In this document: piece after piece, positions 48,633 to 61,493 of the stretch
Layout: each line of letters opens with the position of its first letter
Numbering within the stretch: the first letter of the stretch is position 1
From: Trypethelium eluteriae
Lineage: Eukaryota
Direction: 5' to 3'
DNA length: 64,000 nucleotides
Assembly: GCA_051942245.1 (NCBI GenBank)
Contig: JAVECL010000058.1
Span: forward strand, 1-64,000
The notes under the pieces: generated by a model
What the model was told of the DNA's origin: nothing
Databases searched by the model: none
What the model saw: the letters and a program-made list of their open reading frames with translations, nothing else
Position numbers and translations under genes: made by a program

Positions 48633-49453
48633 ATGTCTTATACGCTCAAAGGCCGTAAGGTCCTTGTCACCGGGGGTGCTCGTGGAATTGGTGAGAATGC
48701 CATGAGTCTCTTTACGCCTTCCGCTCGTCTGCTTCTTCTAAGATTTGAGTAGGGGCAGTGATTGCGAAGAAATTTGCCGCTGAGGGCTGTGATGTTGCCA
48801 TCAACTACCTCAATTCACAGAAGATAGCAGAATCACTAGCAAACAAAATCGAGCGAGAATTTGGGGTCAGAGCTATCACAATCCAGGGAGACATGTCGCG
48901 CATGGCGGACTGCAGGGCGTTGGTGCAGACGACGATCAAAGAGCTCGGCGGTCTCGACGTGATGATTTCGAACGCCGGAAACACGAAAATCGCTCCATTC
49001 GGAGATCTTTACGCCCTCACCGAAGAAGACTGGGACTACGCGTGGAATATACTGACCAAAGCCAATGTATTCCTACTCCAGGAAGCCCTTCCTACCTTCA
49101 AAGCGAATCCCGACGGTGGTGTGTTCCTGATCATGGACTCTTTGGCAGGACTGATCACGAACGGCTCATCGATGGCATACTCTGTGACCAGAGCAGCAAC
49201 TTTGCACTTGATGCAATGCCTGGCTCAGACACAAGGACCAAAAGTTCGCGTCAATGCTGTGTGCCCAGGTCTGGTTAGTACCGAGAGAACAGCTGTGTTC
49301 ACGCCAGAACAGACCAAAGGTTATGAAGAAATGGCTGTATTGAAGAGAATCACGAAGATAGAAGAAGCGGCCGATGCGTTTGTCTTCTTGGCAAAGAACG
49401 GTGGAGTGACTGGGGAACGGATCAGAGTAGATTCGGGCATGGCTATTCGCTGA
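48633..49453 (+). CDS. Classical short-chain dehydrogenase/reductase (2 exons)
   Basis: VLVTGGARGIG, one intron, SNAG, SSMAYSVTRAA, VRVNAVCPG, VDSG. Confidence 0.9.
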
Positions 49454-50652
49454 TGGATAGTGATCTAGTCCTATTCGTCAAGATGACGAGTAGACTGTTG
49501 ACCGTTTGTCAGTATGTATGAAAGAAGCTTAAAAAGCCTAGAGAAACATCTCGGTGCAGGATCCATGCAGTTCCGACCAATTCATGATTCTAGACCCTTG
49601 TTTGTGTTCTTGGGAGTTGGAGAGCGGAGTCCTTCATCCACGGCTTATCGCCCGTATTCATGGACCTGATCTGGAGCGCTGCGCCGACCAAGCGGATATG
49701 ACTGACGGAAGATTTGTGTATGATGCTAAGAGTAAGCCTATAGTCGATCACTAAGTAGAAAATGGGTATGTACGGAGTAGGTTTTGCCTCCATCTTACTC
49801 CCCCGTTAGTGCCAGCATCCACTTTAGGTCTTATGTCCAATGCCGAATGTTACTGCAGCACGACGCTGCTTTTCCACTCAAGGCAAGTTCTGAAGCTATT
49901 ACGGAGTGCTCACACGTGTAATATGTACTCTTAGTGGCGCGGAGCTGAACTTGAGAAAGGGTATTCTTGGCGTGGTGCGGCTGAATGCTGATCCCTGAAG
50001 AGATCCCGTCTTGTCGCCTTTTCACTAATTACAACCACAATAATAGTAGTCAGGGACCAGAAGTGACCAAAAATGGCAAGATCTCCTGCTTTAGTGTCTC
50101 AAAGACGGCTACATTCCAAGCCACTTGGGGCAAGACGGTACTATCATAGGCAAGGCAGCAAATCATTAAATTTCAGCTTACCGGGGCTGATGATCTAGTC
50201 TGCCTTCTCCTCAGGAGGCCAATAGGATATCAAGGAAGAGCGGCCATACATCTGTTGGACGGAAAAACCCTCGACAGTTCCCATCCACCCCACCTGTACC
50301 GCTACAATCTAGCCAGATCGAGCGCGTTCATTATCTTTCAGCCCCTATCTTCGTCGGTCGGCTCTATTAGATACACGGAGATACCGAGGAATGGCGTTCA
50401 CCAGCCTAGAAAGTTGAGGCTCTGCGGAACACTAAGCATGACTCTATTCGAGATTTGGTTGCCTTGCGTGTAGGGGCCGTTGGACCGAGCCCGGGAGCTG
50501 CCACTATGTAGATCGTGGGGGTTTGTTAGACTGTCTGGCCACGAGATCGCGAGCTTTATAAGTGCGATGGGGGCCAACTGGAACATTCGCGCTTCTTTCG
50601 CCGGTGTGTCGAGTTCTGTCGGCCCTATATCCATTCCACTTACGCTATAGCC

Positions 50653-53256
50653 ATGCCTTCCAACCCGAAATCCTTCGACGCCGGTAGGCGTGGCACCGTA
50701 CAGCCAGCGAACGAACGTCCAAAAGCTGGATGGTGGGAGCGCCATACATATAAGAACACCAAATGGCCCTATCTGCATTACAAGACGGACTACTTCAGCG
50801 GCGGTCATGGCTGGGCTCAGGGACATCGGTATCGACGACCAACCCGGACGTATGTTGAGGAGGAGTTCCTGGAAGGCCACAAACTGCAAGACTGTGGTAT
50901 TGACACCGAGGCCGAGTATCAACACCGAGACATCTTCGGCCGTGTCACTCACCAGAAACGCGATGTCGCAATGTACATCAGTCCCTCGGAAAGCAAGCCA
51001 AAGCGTCTCATCGTCCAGTGCACCTCTGAGGTTCTGAACAAACGTAACGCGGGAGATTGGAATCGAGTCAAAATATCAGGCTCACTTCCCCCGGTATTAG
51101 CAATTTCGGAATGGGCGCTGCGGCCTGCAAGCCGACGCGGCAAGAAGCATCGATCTTGCCTGGGGATTATAATCATGTTGTTCAGGGTGCTCATCGTTGC
51201 CATCCCAGTGCTTCTCCTCCTCTTGTTTCCGGACTTCATCTTCGAGAGCCAAGACTTCGCCGATTCCTACAACGAATTTCCCAACTATTGCTGGGATTAC
51301 CCCAGGGCTTCCAGCAATGCTTTGGATATGAGACCTACTTATAATGAGAACAAGCTGACCGATCGCCGGGAGATGGAAAGAATATCCAATCGTACTCGAC
51401 TGTTGCGCCCTCGATTGCTGGTGGTCTTTAAAGATGGCCAGTGGCAAGTCGAGTCACAAGAAAGCGAAGGGAGAAGACATCGACCATACATCTTTATCAG
51501 TTCGTACCGGGGCCACTTCCCAGTCCACGACGTCGACCCAAGTGTCAAAGGAAAGGCTCGGAACGATATCCACGCTATGGCACGTCAATGCGCAAAAGAG
51601 GAAGGCGTTGAAGCATATTGGATTGACCACGAATGTATTGAGGAGAATGACGGGCCTTTGAAGACCGCTGACCTCCACCGAATGTGCGATGTCATCCGTG
51701 GAGCTGCACGAACTTGCATCATGCTCCCGGATTTCTCGATCAAGAGCATGCAGGAATGGGGCGATCGAATGTGGACACTTCCAGAAGCCCTCCTTTCCCC
51801 CGCAGCACATCTCAAGTTATGCATTCTCTCCTCCTTAAAGGACAATACCCCCGCAAGCCAACCATCCGACCTCATCCAACCCAGCAACCTCGAAATCAAA
51901 ACCCAGCTCTGGACTAAACTTGACATGAGCGACGAAATCTGGGGCGCCTCCTCCTCCTCAGATGAGCAACAAGCCACCCGCCTCCTCGCCGAGTCCTTCT
52001 CCGGCGTCCTCGACCTCTCCCGCCTCGGCCTCTTCACCATCGCGCTCGAAGCCCTGTCCGCCCGGCACCAGAACGGCGCCTTCTCACACGCCGACGTCGC
52101 GTACGCGCTAATGGGCTTCTTGCGCGAGCGCATCTCGTTCGACGCCCACGAGACAGAGTTCCAGGGGCTCGCACGGCTGTCGCTGGCCAACGACTCCGAC
52201 CGGCTGCTCGAGCGCATGATCTGCATGCAGCCGGACGAGGCGACGGCGAGCTCGGAGCACTTCTTTGTCGCGCACACCCGGCGCGACAAGTATCTGTCGC
52301 GGCTGTGGGATGTGGAGCCGCTGTGCCAGATTGCGGGGGTGGGCGAGGAGGACGGGCAGGTGATTCTGGACGGGTGTCGCGGGGTGTCGATTCGGTGGCG
52401 CGCGTTTCCGCAGCTGAAGTATCGGCGCATGCAGGGGTTGCTGAATCTGCTGGCGGAGTTGACGCTGCGGACGTGCGCGCTGTGGCTTACGACGGGCCTG
52501 TCGCTGCTGGCGATCTATGGTGGGTATGTGGAGAACGATATTGGGCGGGGTTGGGATCATGCCCAGCAAGGGACTTCGAGCTGGAATAGCTTCGAGCTGG
52601 ATGCGGGATTGACGGCGTTGGGCGCGATCGCCCTGTGTGCGGCGGTGCTGCTGGCGCTTGCGGTACCTTCCAGCGTCCGCCGGTTCTATGGCGGGTATGT
52701 CCAGTCCTGTGCGCCCTGGCTGGTAGGCTTTGAGGGTGTTATGCCTTGCGAGGAGCTGGAGACGCTGGTCTTTGGGAATAATGACAAACGGTTGACGTAT
52801 GAGCCATCGAGTACGCTATTCTGTGAACGCGAGGATAGTGAGAGGATTGGTAAGGAGCCAGCATGGGTGACCGATCCATCGAAGCGGCCGAAGCTGCCGA
52901 AGGGCCATCGATTGTTTACGCTGGTGGATACTGGGAATCTGACGATTAATATTTTCTCAGCACGGAGGCCACCGTCAGTGGCTCTGATCTGCGGACGGGA
53001 GGGGGGCATGTTGAGGACGGTTCTTTGCCACTATGAGGCGAGCAAGAACTGCTTGTACAAGGAAACGGTGATGAGGATGGACTCCGTGACGCTTAACCAT
53101 GCCAAGATGTTGAGTTGGGTGAAGGTCAGCTTGGGAAATCATCTATATTTTCAAAAGAGGAGGGCGAATACACTACCCAAAAAGCCGGCAGTTGTAAATG
53201 TGAGGGAAGTAAGCGATTCGATTTCGGACGCGAGTATGGGACGCGTAGGGCATTAA
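50653..53256 (+). CDS. 867-aa fungal membrane protein with a HET-domain-like central region
   Basis: Long intronless ORF; TM segment near aa 170-195 and two more near the C-terminal third; YIFISS, AYWIDHECI, RMCDVIRGA, WGDRMWTLPEALL. Gene is secure, domain call is tentative. Confidence 0.8.
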   Translation: MPSNPKSFDAGRRGTVQPANERPKAGWWERHTYKNTKWPYLHYKTDYFSGGHGWAQGHRYRRPTRTYVEEEFLEGHKLQDCGIDTEAEYQHRDIFGRVTHQKRDVAMYISPSESKPKRLIVQCTSEVLNKRNAGDWNRVKISGSLPPVLAISEWALRPASRRGKKHRSCLGIIIMLFRVLIVAIPVLLLLLFPDFIFESQDFADSYNEFPNYCWDYPRASSNALDMRPTYNENKLTDRREMERISNRTRLLRPRLLVVFKDGQWQVESQESEGRRHRPYIFISSYRGHFPVHDVDPSVKGKARNDIHAMARQCAKEEGVEAYWIDHECIEENDGPLKTADLHRMCDVIRGAARTCIMLPDFSIKSMQEWGDRMWTLPEALLSPAAHLKLCILSSLKDNTPASQPSDLIQPSNLEIKTQLWTKLDMSDEIWGASSSSDEQQATRLLAESFSGVLDLSRLGLFTIALEALSARHQNGAFSHADVAYALMGFLRERISFDAHETEFQGLARLSLANDSDRLLERMICMQPDEATASSEHFFVAHTRRDKYLSRLWDVEPLCQIAGVGEEDGQVILDGCRGVSIRWRAFPQLKYRRMQGLLNLLAELTLRTCALWLTTGLSLLAIYGGYVENDIGRGWDHAQQGTSSWNSFELDAGLTALGAIALCAAVLLALAVPSSVRRFYGGYVQSCAPWLVGFEGVMPCEELETLVFGNNDKRLTYEPSSTLFCEREDSERIGKEPAWVTDPSKRPKLPKGHRLFTLVDTGNLTINIFSARRPPSVALICGREGGMLRTVLCHYEASKNCLYKETVMRMDSVTLNHAKMLSWVKVSLGNHLYFQKRRANTLPKKPAVVNVREVSDSISDASMGRVGH

Positions 53257-53353
53257 TTGATTGTCATCATTGTGGTGACATATCCTATCCGCTTCTCTCC
53301 TTTTTCTCCATTAGGTATCAAGATATTCCTCCTATATACTCCGTAAAGTGATC

Positions 53354-55716
53354 TTAATTAAGGCCAAGCTCACGTTCATGTCGTTGAATCGTTTGCTCCA
53401 TGAGAGTGGGATTTGAAATGACCATCCGATCAAGTTCTTGAGATACTTCTCCTTCGAAGATATTTGAACTCGTTCCTGACCACTGCGAACACTCGGGAGT
53501 AATTGCCGAAGATGCAGAATAGTCTGGAATAGCTTTTGGTTTGACTCCAACTTCGTTGCATGAGTCCAATAAGCTATTGTAGGCCGTATACGCTGTGTTT
53601 GACACGATTTGCAGAACTCGAAGACCCTGAAGCATTAATGAAAACATCGCTTCGACCATGCTTATCGAAAGTGTTTGATTTTTGTACAGGTAAATGATCG
53701 AATTGCCAGCTCTGAAGAGGGCATCAACAACGTTCTCGGGATATGGACTTTGTAGGAGGATACTGTTTTGTAGTGGGCTTCCTGTACTCGTTTGGTCGAC
53801 GTGGACAGCTATTCTCGCCGAATTGGCCATTTCTCTGGCAGAGCTAAGGCGTAACTCGTATTCATTAGAAAGTAGATGTGCGTATCCGGTTGCACTCAGC
53901 ATGTCGATCAATGTCAAAACGCCCAATGTATGGTCGATGTTTAATAGAACTTAGCTACGGTCAGTCCAGGAAGCACGCCACCATGAAGCAGGGGTAAGGG
54001 GTAAGTCCTAACGTACAGCAAGTAACGCGTATTTTTTCATTCAATAAGATGAAGTCTCTCTTACAAAGCCCAAGAAGATATTCGAATGATTCGTTAAATC
54101 GATTGAATTCCCGAAGCGCGGATGTCGTGGCTTCTTCGACGGAGATATCGGTTAAGTGGTGATAAAGGGCATCTTGAACGCGTGAGATGGCGGCCCACAC
54201 CATGGCTCGGCATGCGGTACCGTGACCAACAACGCCATAGAGAACATCGACGGATATTGGCACTCGTGAGTTGCGCCAATTCTTGCAGCCTGCTTTGAAC
54301 TCATCGACCTGTTGCCGAACTTGATCCCAGACCTGGCCGTCAGTCGAGGTAACACTAGCGATGATAGGGGGTAGACTCTTCGCTAGGCTCCTGGAAGTGT
54401 CGCACATAATGCCGAACCAGAATGCAATTTCTTCCATTTGCGCATACTCGAGGGGCGAAACCTCCGATGTTGAAGTCGAATTTCCACTTGGATTTGTGAC
54501 CAATACTGTTTTCGCATTGGTACTGGATAGAAGGCGTGACTGCGTTGAAATGGTCTTGAGATGCTGCAAAGAAACTTGCAAGCATGCTTCACTGATGTTT
54601 GGTTCTGTGACGTCGGCTGGGACCGGGGTATTCCCAAAGAGGTGGAGGGCAAGGATAGAGCAGTATGTAGGCTGGGTCATCGGGGAGTAGATTCTCTTTT
54701 GAGCCTTCGTCCAAAGGGACTTTACCAGATCTTCTTTGAGCTTTGAGCCTGCAGCCAGTGAGATACCGGGCGCTACATCTTCAAATGGCAACCACCGAGC
54801 GGAGTAAGCATGAACAGCACTAAGCAATGCCTGTCGTAAGGATTCCTTGTCACTTGGCGAAAGGATTTGCACAGGCTCTATTGAAACAGCAAGCTGAGGA
54901 TCCACTAGTCGTCTCCGATAGCTGGTCAATGTCAGAACCAGCCTTGAGATCAGTCTCGTAGGCGCCTAGATCATCAGTTGAGGGAAACCCTGTTTACAGA
55001 GGTGAACGTACTGTATATGTACTCTTAAAGGGACAGCAGGCACTCCCAATCCAGATCCCCACCTGGGTCTCAAATCGGTTGACGAAGACATCCCAGAGCA
55101 TTTGGTGGAGTCTCATAGCTTGTTGCTGCAGAGCAAGAGAATCTTCTTCCTTCGTAGCCAACAATTTGCTGCCATGGCTCGAGGCATCGGACATGCGTCT
55201 CTTATCATCTTCGACGCTTGCAACCGGGACTTTTGAGACGGTAGCATAATCAGTATCGCTATGCTCACTCTGAACTCCCGTCTTCTCATCATGGACAAAG
55301 GTAAACGATCGCTTCACCCCACGAGGATTCGCGTTGGCTATGTGCTGCAAGGTCTACATTAGTCTTGTAATAGCTCAGGATGAAGTGGGCTCCATTTTGA
55401 CAGGGCCCGCTGCAACATCGTGACCGCACACGCAACAATGCCTATTAACCCTACAACTCTCTTTCCATCAACACTTCTAGCTGCAGCTTTGAATGACATG
55501 GGTAGGCCACAGCAGGTCAAAGGGCCCGGCAATCTCCCACATCCCCGTGTCTCGGAGCCATCTGTTCCCACATACCTTCAGAGTGCATTCGCGCCCTCGA
55601 CGCTTGCAATTAGAACAGGGGTCGCCTTCATCTTTGATACGCACGTCGCACCCGATTCGCAGCTTGCGGCATGCGTCGCAGCTTGAATTCTGCTTTCGGC
55701 TCGGCCGAGAAGCCAT
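53354..55716 (-). CDS. Zn(II)2Cys6 transcription factor (AlcR-like cluster), multi-exon
   Basis: RKQNSSCDACRKLRIGCD..PCSNCKRRGRECT; intron 55354-55575; downstream exons with SACCPF, AYSARWLP, FWFGIMCDTS, SPYPENVV. Confidence 0.88.
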
Positions 55717-56603
55717 AGGGATTTGATAGGATCATTTGTGGCCGTGAAGTCGTCAGAGGGCTAGGTATCGGCGTTAGCAGGGGTTGAGGGAGCACCAAGC
55801 TTTAAAGAGTTACCAGGTTCCGATCTTGTGGACGGAACGGTTCCGGACGTATCCGTCAGTGATGTCACGGTCACGAGACTTTTGCCTTCTTCAACACTCC
55901 CAAGGTGCTGCAGTTCATACTGTACACAACCCTATTTCTTATTTTCGACGATAGCAATGCTCTACAGATTAGATCACTGAGTGCTGGTGTATCGTTGATC
56001 CTAGAATCCTCACGTCGCACCACGTTGGAGCTGGTCGACTATCCTGACCTACGCATCAAATGCATACAGACATCAAGCAGGGGTGGGATTTGAGCAGAAT
56101 AATCAGGAAGGCCATCCAGTCTTAAAGAGTACGATCTAAGTAGATGCTCAATGTTTTGGCTTTTGACGCCAATATATTCGTCCTCTCTCATCTCATGATG
56201 GCTTTGAGGCTCAATAGTTTCACCAGTTTGTTTCATGCCGCGCCAACGGGAGAGCCGGTGGATTTGGCGGCGATGGCACTAGATATCCAGATCTGGTTCC
56301 TGTAGATCCCATCCTATCCACGGTACTGGCGCACGGCTTCGACCGTTCTTCAGAACGTTCGGTTGTGCGGATCAGGAGAATATCGTATTTAGCCGGCCCA
56401 AGAACCAGGCAGTTTCCCCGCCGTACTATACACCGCAGATCGTGCGAAATTATTCCTGGTGGCACTGCGTCATGTTCGTGAATGGTAATGGATAATCTTA
56501 CATTCAGCCGTCAAAATTTCCGCTTTAGACATCTGGTGGTTTATAATAACGTCGCCTCCGCCATGCCAAGATCAACCTTCATTGGGCTCTGTGCATCGTT
56601 AAA

Positions 56604-57935
56604 ATGTTGTTTACGAAATCCATTCTGACAGCGCTCGCTGCTGCCCAATTGGCGTACGGTTGGAGCAGGCTCCAGACGGCGACAAACTCTTCGGATTCCT
56701 GGAATCTCAAAAAATTCACATCATTTACGGTCTTTGGTGACAGTTACACTGATGAGAGCAGACTTGGATATTTTATCTCTCACAATGGATCAGCACCACC
56801 GATAGGATGGGTTGACCCGGAGGTAAGCTTTAGACTAGACTGTCGGCAATTTGTCGTCAATTAGTTGGAGACTGAAATCTGTGAAAGAGCTTTGATGCAT
56901 CGGATGGCGGTCGAATATGGGCTAGATACGTTGTTCAATATACTGGTAAGGAGCGCCTCAGGAATCAAAATCCGTGCTGCTGAATTTTGGCTTGCAAGGT
57001 GTAAATCTATACAATTACGCAGTATCTGGTGCTGTGTGCTCCAATGACATCACGCCTCGCTTTTTCTCCGCCATCAACGCTCCATTCCCAAGCGTTCGTG
57101 AATACGAGATTCCTGCCTTTATTGCGGATAGTCAGTACGTCGAGCCCAATGGCACAAAATTTTTGGATATTCCGACAGACGAGACTGTCTACGCTATGTG
57201 GATTGGGACGAATGTGAGAAGTTCTCATTGGCACCGCTGCAACATTTCTGACATTGTTCCACAGGACCTTGGATATGATGCTTTTATCCAGGATAGCCAA
57301 ATCAATAACACGACTCTAGTCGACTATATTGATTGCGTGTTCAACTCCTTCGATAGCCTATATGCCAATGGCGGGCGATATTTTGTCCTGCTTAACGTTG
57401 CGCCATTGTATCACGCTCCCATCTATGCTCTTCCTTCTGAAGGTGGGGTCGGACCAGGACCGAATCAGTATTGGGACTATAAGCCAGACAATACGACTGA
57501 AATCAGTGATCGAATGCTCGAGCAAGTTGTCTCCGTCAACGGAATTTACAAATATGAGCTCCCATTCGAAGTAAAGCTTGCAAATCGGTATCCCGGGGCT
57601 CACTTCGCCCTGTATGATGTTTACAGCTTGGTGCGCTCCTAAAACACGAACAGCGGTATCACACAACATGGAAGACTGACATGTGGTAGATGAATGACAT
57701 CTGGAACAACCCCCAGACGTATCTCAATGGCAGTGCGCCACTCAACGTTACCGGATACGAGAACCACTGCAATGCCAATAATACCGACTGTGTCGACATT
57801 GGTGCATCAAGTCCGGACTCATTCATGTGGTACGATATCCTCCATCCTAGCGAGCAGACCGATCGGATTATCGCGCAGAATTTCGTGGATGTAGTGAGGG
57901 GTGAGAGTCAATTCGCGACGTATTGGGCATCGTGA
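56604..57935 (+). CDS. Secreted GDSL/SGNH esterase (CE16-like acetylesterase), multi-exon
   Basis: Signal peptide, FGDSYTD, NYAVSGAVCS, WIGTN|DLG, WYDILHPSEQT (DxxH). Confidence 0.92.
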
Positions 57936-58993
57936 AGGACAGGAGTAAGACAGACACCTAGATTGAGAGGACATCAAACTGTTCCACTACCATGTATATC
58001 AAAGCTTAGACCAGGCAAACAGGGGGCGTAAAGTATCAAAAGTCGAGCCTCGGTTGGACTCCAGAAACTTGACGAATAATAAGGTCACCTTCATTCATTG
58101 CTTCGAATCGCCCAATAAATCATGCGAAGACGGCAAACAGTCTACCGCGGGCAATTGTTTGCCTACTCTGTGGAATTTGGCCCCCATTCGTGGCACCGCG
58201 CGTCGCAGGCGGAACCTGAATCGAATAGGGAAGCAGACCGCTTTGGACCCACGCAAGCGAGTGGTCATGCCGTGAACGCCAAGACGAGGTCGGATAGCAT
58301 AATTTAAGATGTTATCCGTCAGGTCCGTAGCTGCGTGGACTCTTGGAGTGCCCAGATTGCCACTTTCTGGACGGTCAAAGCCTCTGCAGGAGTGAAGTGA
58401 AGAAAAGTCGGATAGGATATATCTCGCCAAGAAGCCTCTTGGAATCAAGGCAAGCTCGGAATCGCTGCCAAGAAAACGTCTGAAAATGTCAGATGAATAA
58501 CGCGGGAGAAGAGCAGGGGATGCGAAGTTAAATTTCTTGGCCTGGTTCGCAGGCGCGAATAAAATCCCGTCTGTAGTGCCCGCTAAGCCTCTCATCACGG
58601 AAAACCAACAATCCTCTCTGCAGGCGCATCATCAAGCGAGCTTCAAATATACAAATGGCCTCCTGATTCGCCCTCAAATCGTGTAGGTAAGTACGGATGC
58701 GCTTGATCAGGCCACCCGAATTTCAACATGCAACTTTCGCGACAAATGAGTATGAGCTGAGTGGTGGTGATATGTAAAGAATACTTTGTGCGCCTGGCGT
58801 TACGCTATGCATCCAACTCCCTTGATTTTCAGCACCCTACCTAAAGTATGCCTCATTAAATCATCAGCCCTGTGACACTTCGCTATTGTTCTTCAATTAC
58901 CCAGTCGTACTACTCTCTTGAACCTGGTCGCCTATCGGCTAAGTGGCATCGTGAGGCTTTCTACGGTTCTTGACTAGCACAACTATCCAACCT

Positions 58994-59965
58994 ATGGCCG
59001 ATGGTGATAAGGCCAGTCATTTCATATTTCCGCATGACGAGAATCAATTTACAGTCAACTACAACGACGTTCTGGTGGTATCATGGGCGTCCTCTTATGA
59101 AGACCCCTACCTTCACTTCTGGGGCTTCATAGACCCGTCTTCCAATGATTGGCAGCTCTGTATGTAATAGATCAACCATTCGCGGAGCGTTATCTAATAA
59201 TCTACAGTTCTCAATGCATCCGTCAACCCTACAGGAAGCTATACATGGTCGTTTGCCAACAACGTCAGTAGTATAGTTTCTTGGCCACTTGCTGGCCATT
59301 TCGACTTGGGTACCAAGGCGCAGACAGGAGTTCCTAACCTACAAGCGGGTAATATCGACATTACTTCGACAAATGGGTCACCGACAACGTATACGACCGC
59401 TACTTCGACAAGCTCTACATCGAGTAGCTCAACGACTTCTACTCTATCAAGCAATAGTTCCTCAACAGCCGCACTTCAAAGCGATGGCTTGCCAGCGTCT
59501 ACTTCGAGTAGCTCTTCTTCGTCTACTGCTCTCAGCAGCAGCTCCTCTGGTACAGCTTCTTCCAGCACATCCTTAGCATCTGGTCTGTCAAACAGCGTGG
59601 TAGGCGGCGCCTCGCCGAGCACGGTGACAGCGGTACAGACTGTGATGGCTTCGCTGACCAGCTCCCCCACCCCTCAATCAGGACCTAGCACGGGTACTAA
59701 GGCTGGGATCGGCGTCGGAGTGACCGTTGGAGTGCTGCTTGTGATCGCCGCTGGAGCATTATTCTTTCGCAGGTACCAAAGAATTCGATCAAGGAGGTTT
59801 GCGGGAGGACTCCCGTGGCGGCGCAAGGGGTATCCGCTCACCAACATGGGCCCACCTACTGAGATGTCCGGAGAAAATTCAATAAAAGAGTTGCCAGCGG
59901 ATGGACAAATACGAGAGCTTCCTGCAGAGTCAATTTCTGGCAAGCTTGTCTCTCGATATCGGTAA
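58994..59965 (+). CDS. Ser/Thr-rich single-pass membrane protein (Mid2-like tail), 2 exons
   Basis: Intron 59160-59207 joins ORFs in frame; S/T stalk, STGTKAGIGVGVTVGVLLVIAAGALFFRR TM, cytoplasmic EM/ELPA repeats. Confidence 0.8.
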
Positions 59966-60356
59966 AAGTGGGCGTAGTGACGATTGGTGAAAATAACGAC
60001 AGGAAACGAGGTGTTTTGCAATGTAGGACTATTATATGAAGCAGCTTGCAAAGGATTTGACAAGCTCAAATGATAACAATAATGTACTCATGTTCATGAA
60101 CGCAATCTTTCGTCTTACCATCTGTGAACAATATTCAGTGTCTCAACAGATGCCGTGATACCCTGTGAGATGAGGAAATGAGATGGTACGGGCGTGGGCG
60201 GACAGCAGTCTTTGGGCTATTCCAGGTCCAGCTCCAGCCACATTTACACCGCCACGTGGTGCTCGATGACATCGCATCAACTTCCCATGTTTCAACCCAT
60301 CTCCCAGATAGTCTTCCCTTCCTTAGACACCACCCTCCTTGTCGATTCCCATAACT

Positions 60357-60790
60357 ATGCCGGCTCTTCGCAGCTCCGGAAACTTGTCTGACGGCCCGCG
60401 ACCAGCATCCTCGCACTCTCGAAACTCATTGAGCCCGCTCGCACAAGAGATCGCCGCACGAGACATACATCCTTCTCATCTCCTTATCCTCATAGCCAAG
60501 GACCGGGAAGGCAGTGAAGTCTTCTTTCGAACACCTAGGACAACCATGTTGAGGAAGCTGATGAACTCATATATGGAGAAAAAAGGGCTCAATGACTTGG
60601 TCTTCTACTACGGGGATCGGAGGTTATCGTTTGAACATACACCCCAAAGTGTGCGTATGATATATCTCTTTCGAGGCGTTGACTCTTTTCAACAATAGAC
60701 TAATCTCCTCAATTGCAGATAGGTATGAAAGATGGGGATGTGATTACTGTCTTTGATCCACATTGTCGCCGCCGCTGGAAGAGTAGATGA
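60357..60790 (+). CDS. SUMO-like protein 1 (121 aa, no di-Gly)
   Basis: KDREGSEVFFRTPRTTMLRKLMNSYMEKKGLNDLVFYYGDRRLSFEHTPQS | intron 60651-60718 | IGMKDGDVITVFDPHCRRRWKSR*; aligns by eye with Smt3 (SEIFFKIKKTTPLRRLM..TPEDLDMEDND). Confidence 0.82.
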
Positions 60791-61493
60791 AGTTTTCGGT
60801 ATACCTTAAAGGTCCACATTGTAACGTCTTGGCGGAGTTCCTACGAACTATGTGAAGCTTTGATATGGCCTCTGCATCGAACGCAGCCAGTGTCCAGCGT
60901 CTCTCTGATAGCGCGGTCGGGGAATGTCTTCATGAACCAAACATCATTAAGCGGCAATAGCCTTCCTTCCCGAGGCCTTTCCGGCAAAGAATATCTGCTA
61001 TCATACGACAGAGCATCACATCCATCGCAGGTCAAGGAAAGAAAAACATTATTGCTATGGGGACCTTGCCAGAAAGGTCATATTGGAGATCAACCTTGTG
61101 ACAAGACAATCTCTTCCGATCTTTCCTCACTTCTACGGCTTAACTTGATAGACCGAATATCGTACGGCTCCACTTCACTCCACCTGACGTCGGGTTCGCC
61201 TTTCACTTACGATCTAGCAAACCTGGCTCCTCTTTCTGCATACTGTTTTGCATCCGTCTCTCGACCTCGGACAGCTATATTACGCCAAGCCATCAGGATC
61301 GATTCTTTAGATCTTCTGACGCCAATTCAGATGCTCTAAGTTTCTACTACTATAGACATCCCTCAGGATCGAATGCTACCTACAAATACAAAGGTTGGAC
61401 TGGTTACTTCAACCGCTCGTCCCTTAACGTCCTGTCGACTGCCGCTTCAGAGACGATCTTACATTTAGCGCGAATTCGACCTCATCGTCACTC

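Noticed and set aside
13660..55716. AlcS-like, Fe-ADH and AlcR-like genes as an alc (ethanol utilisation) cluster
   Set aside because: Separated by ~40 kb of unrelated genes, and no zinc ADH or aldehyde dehydrogenase is present.
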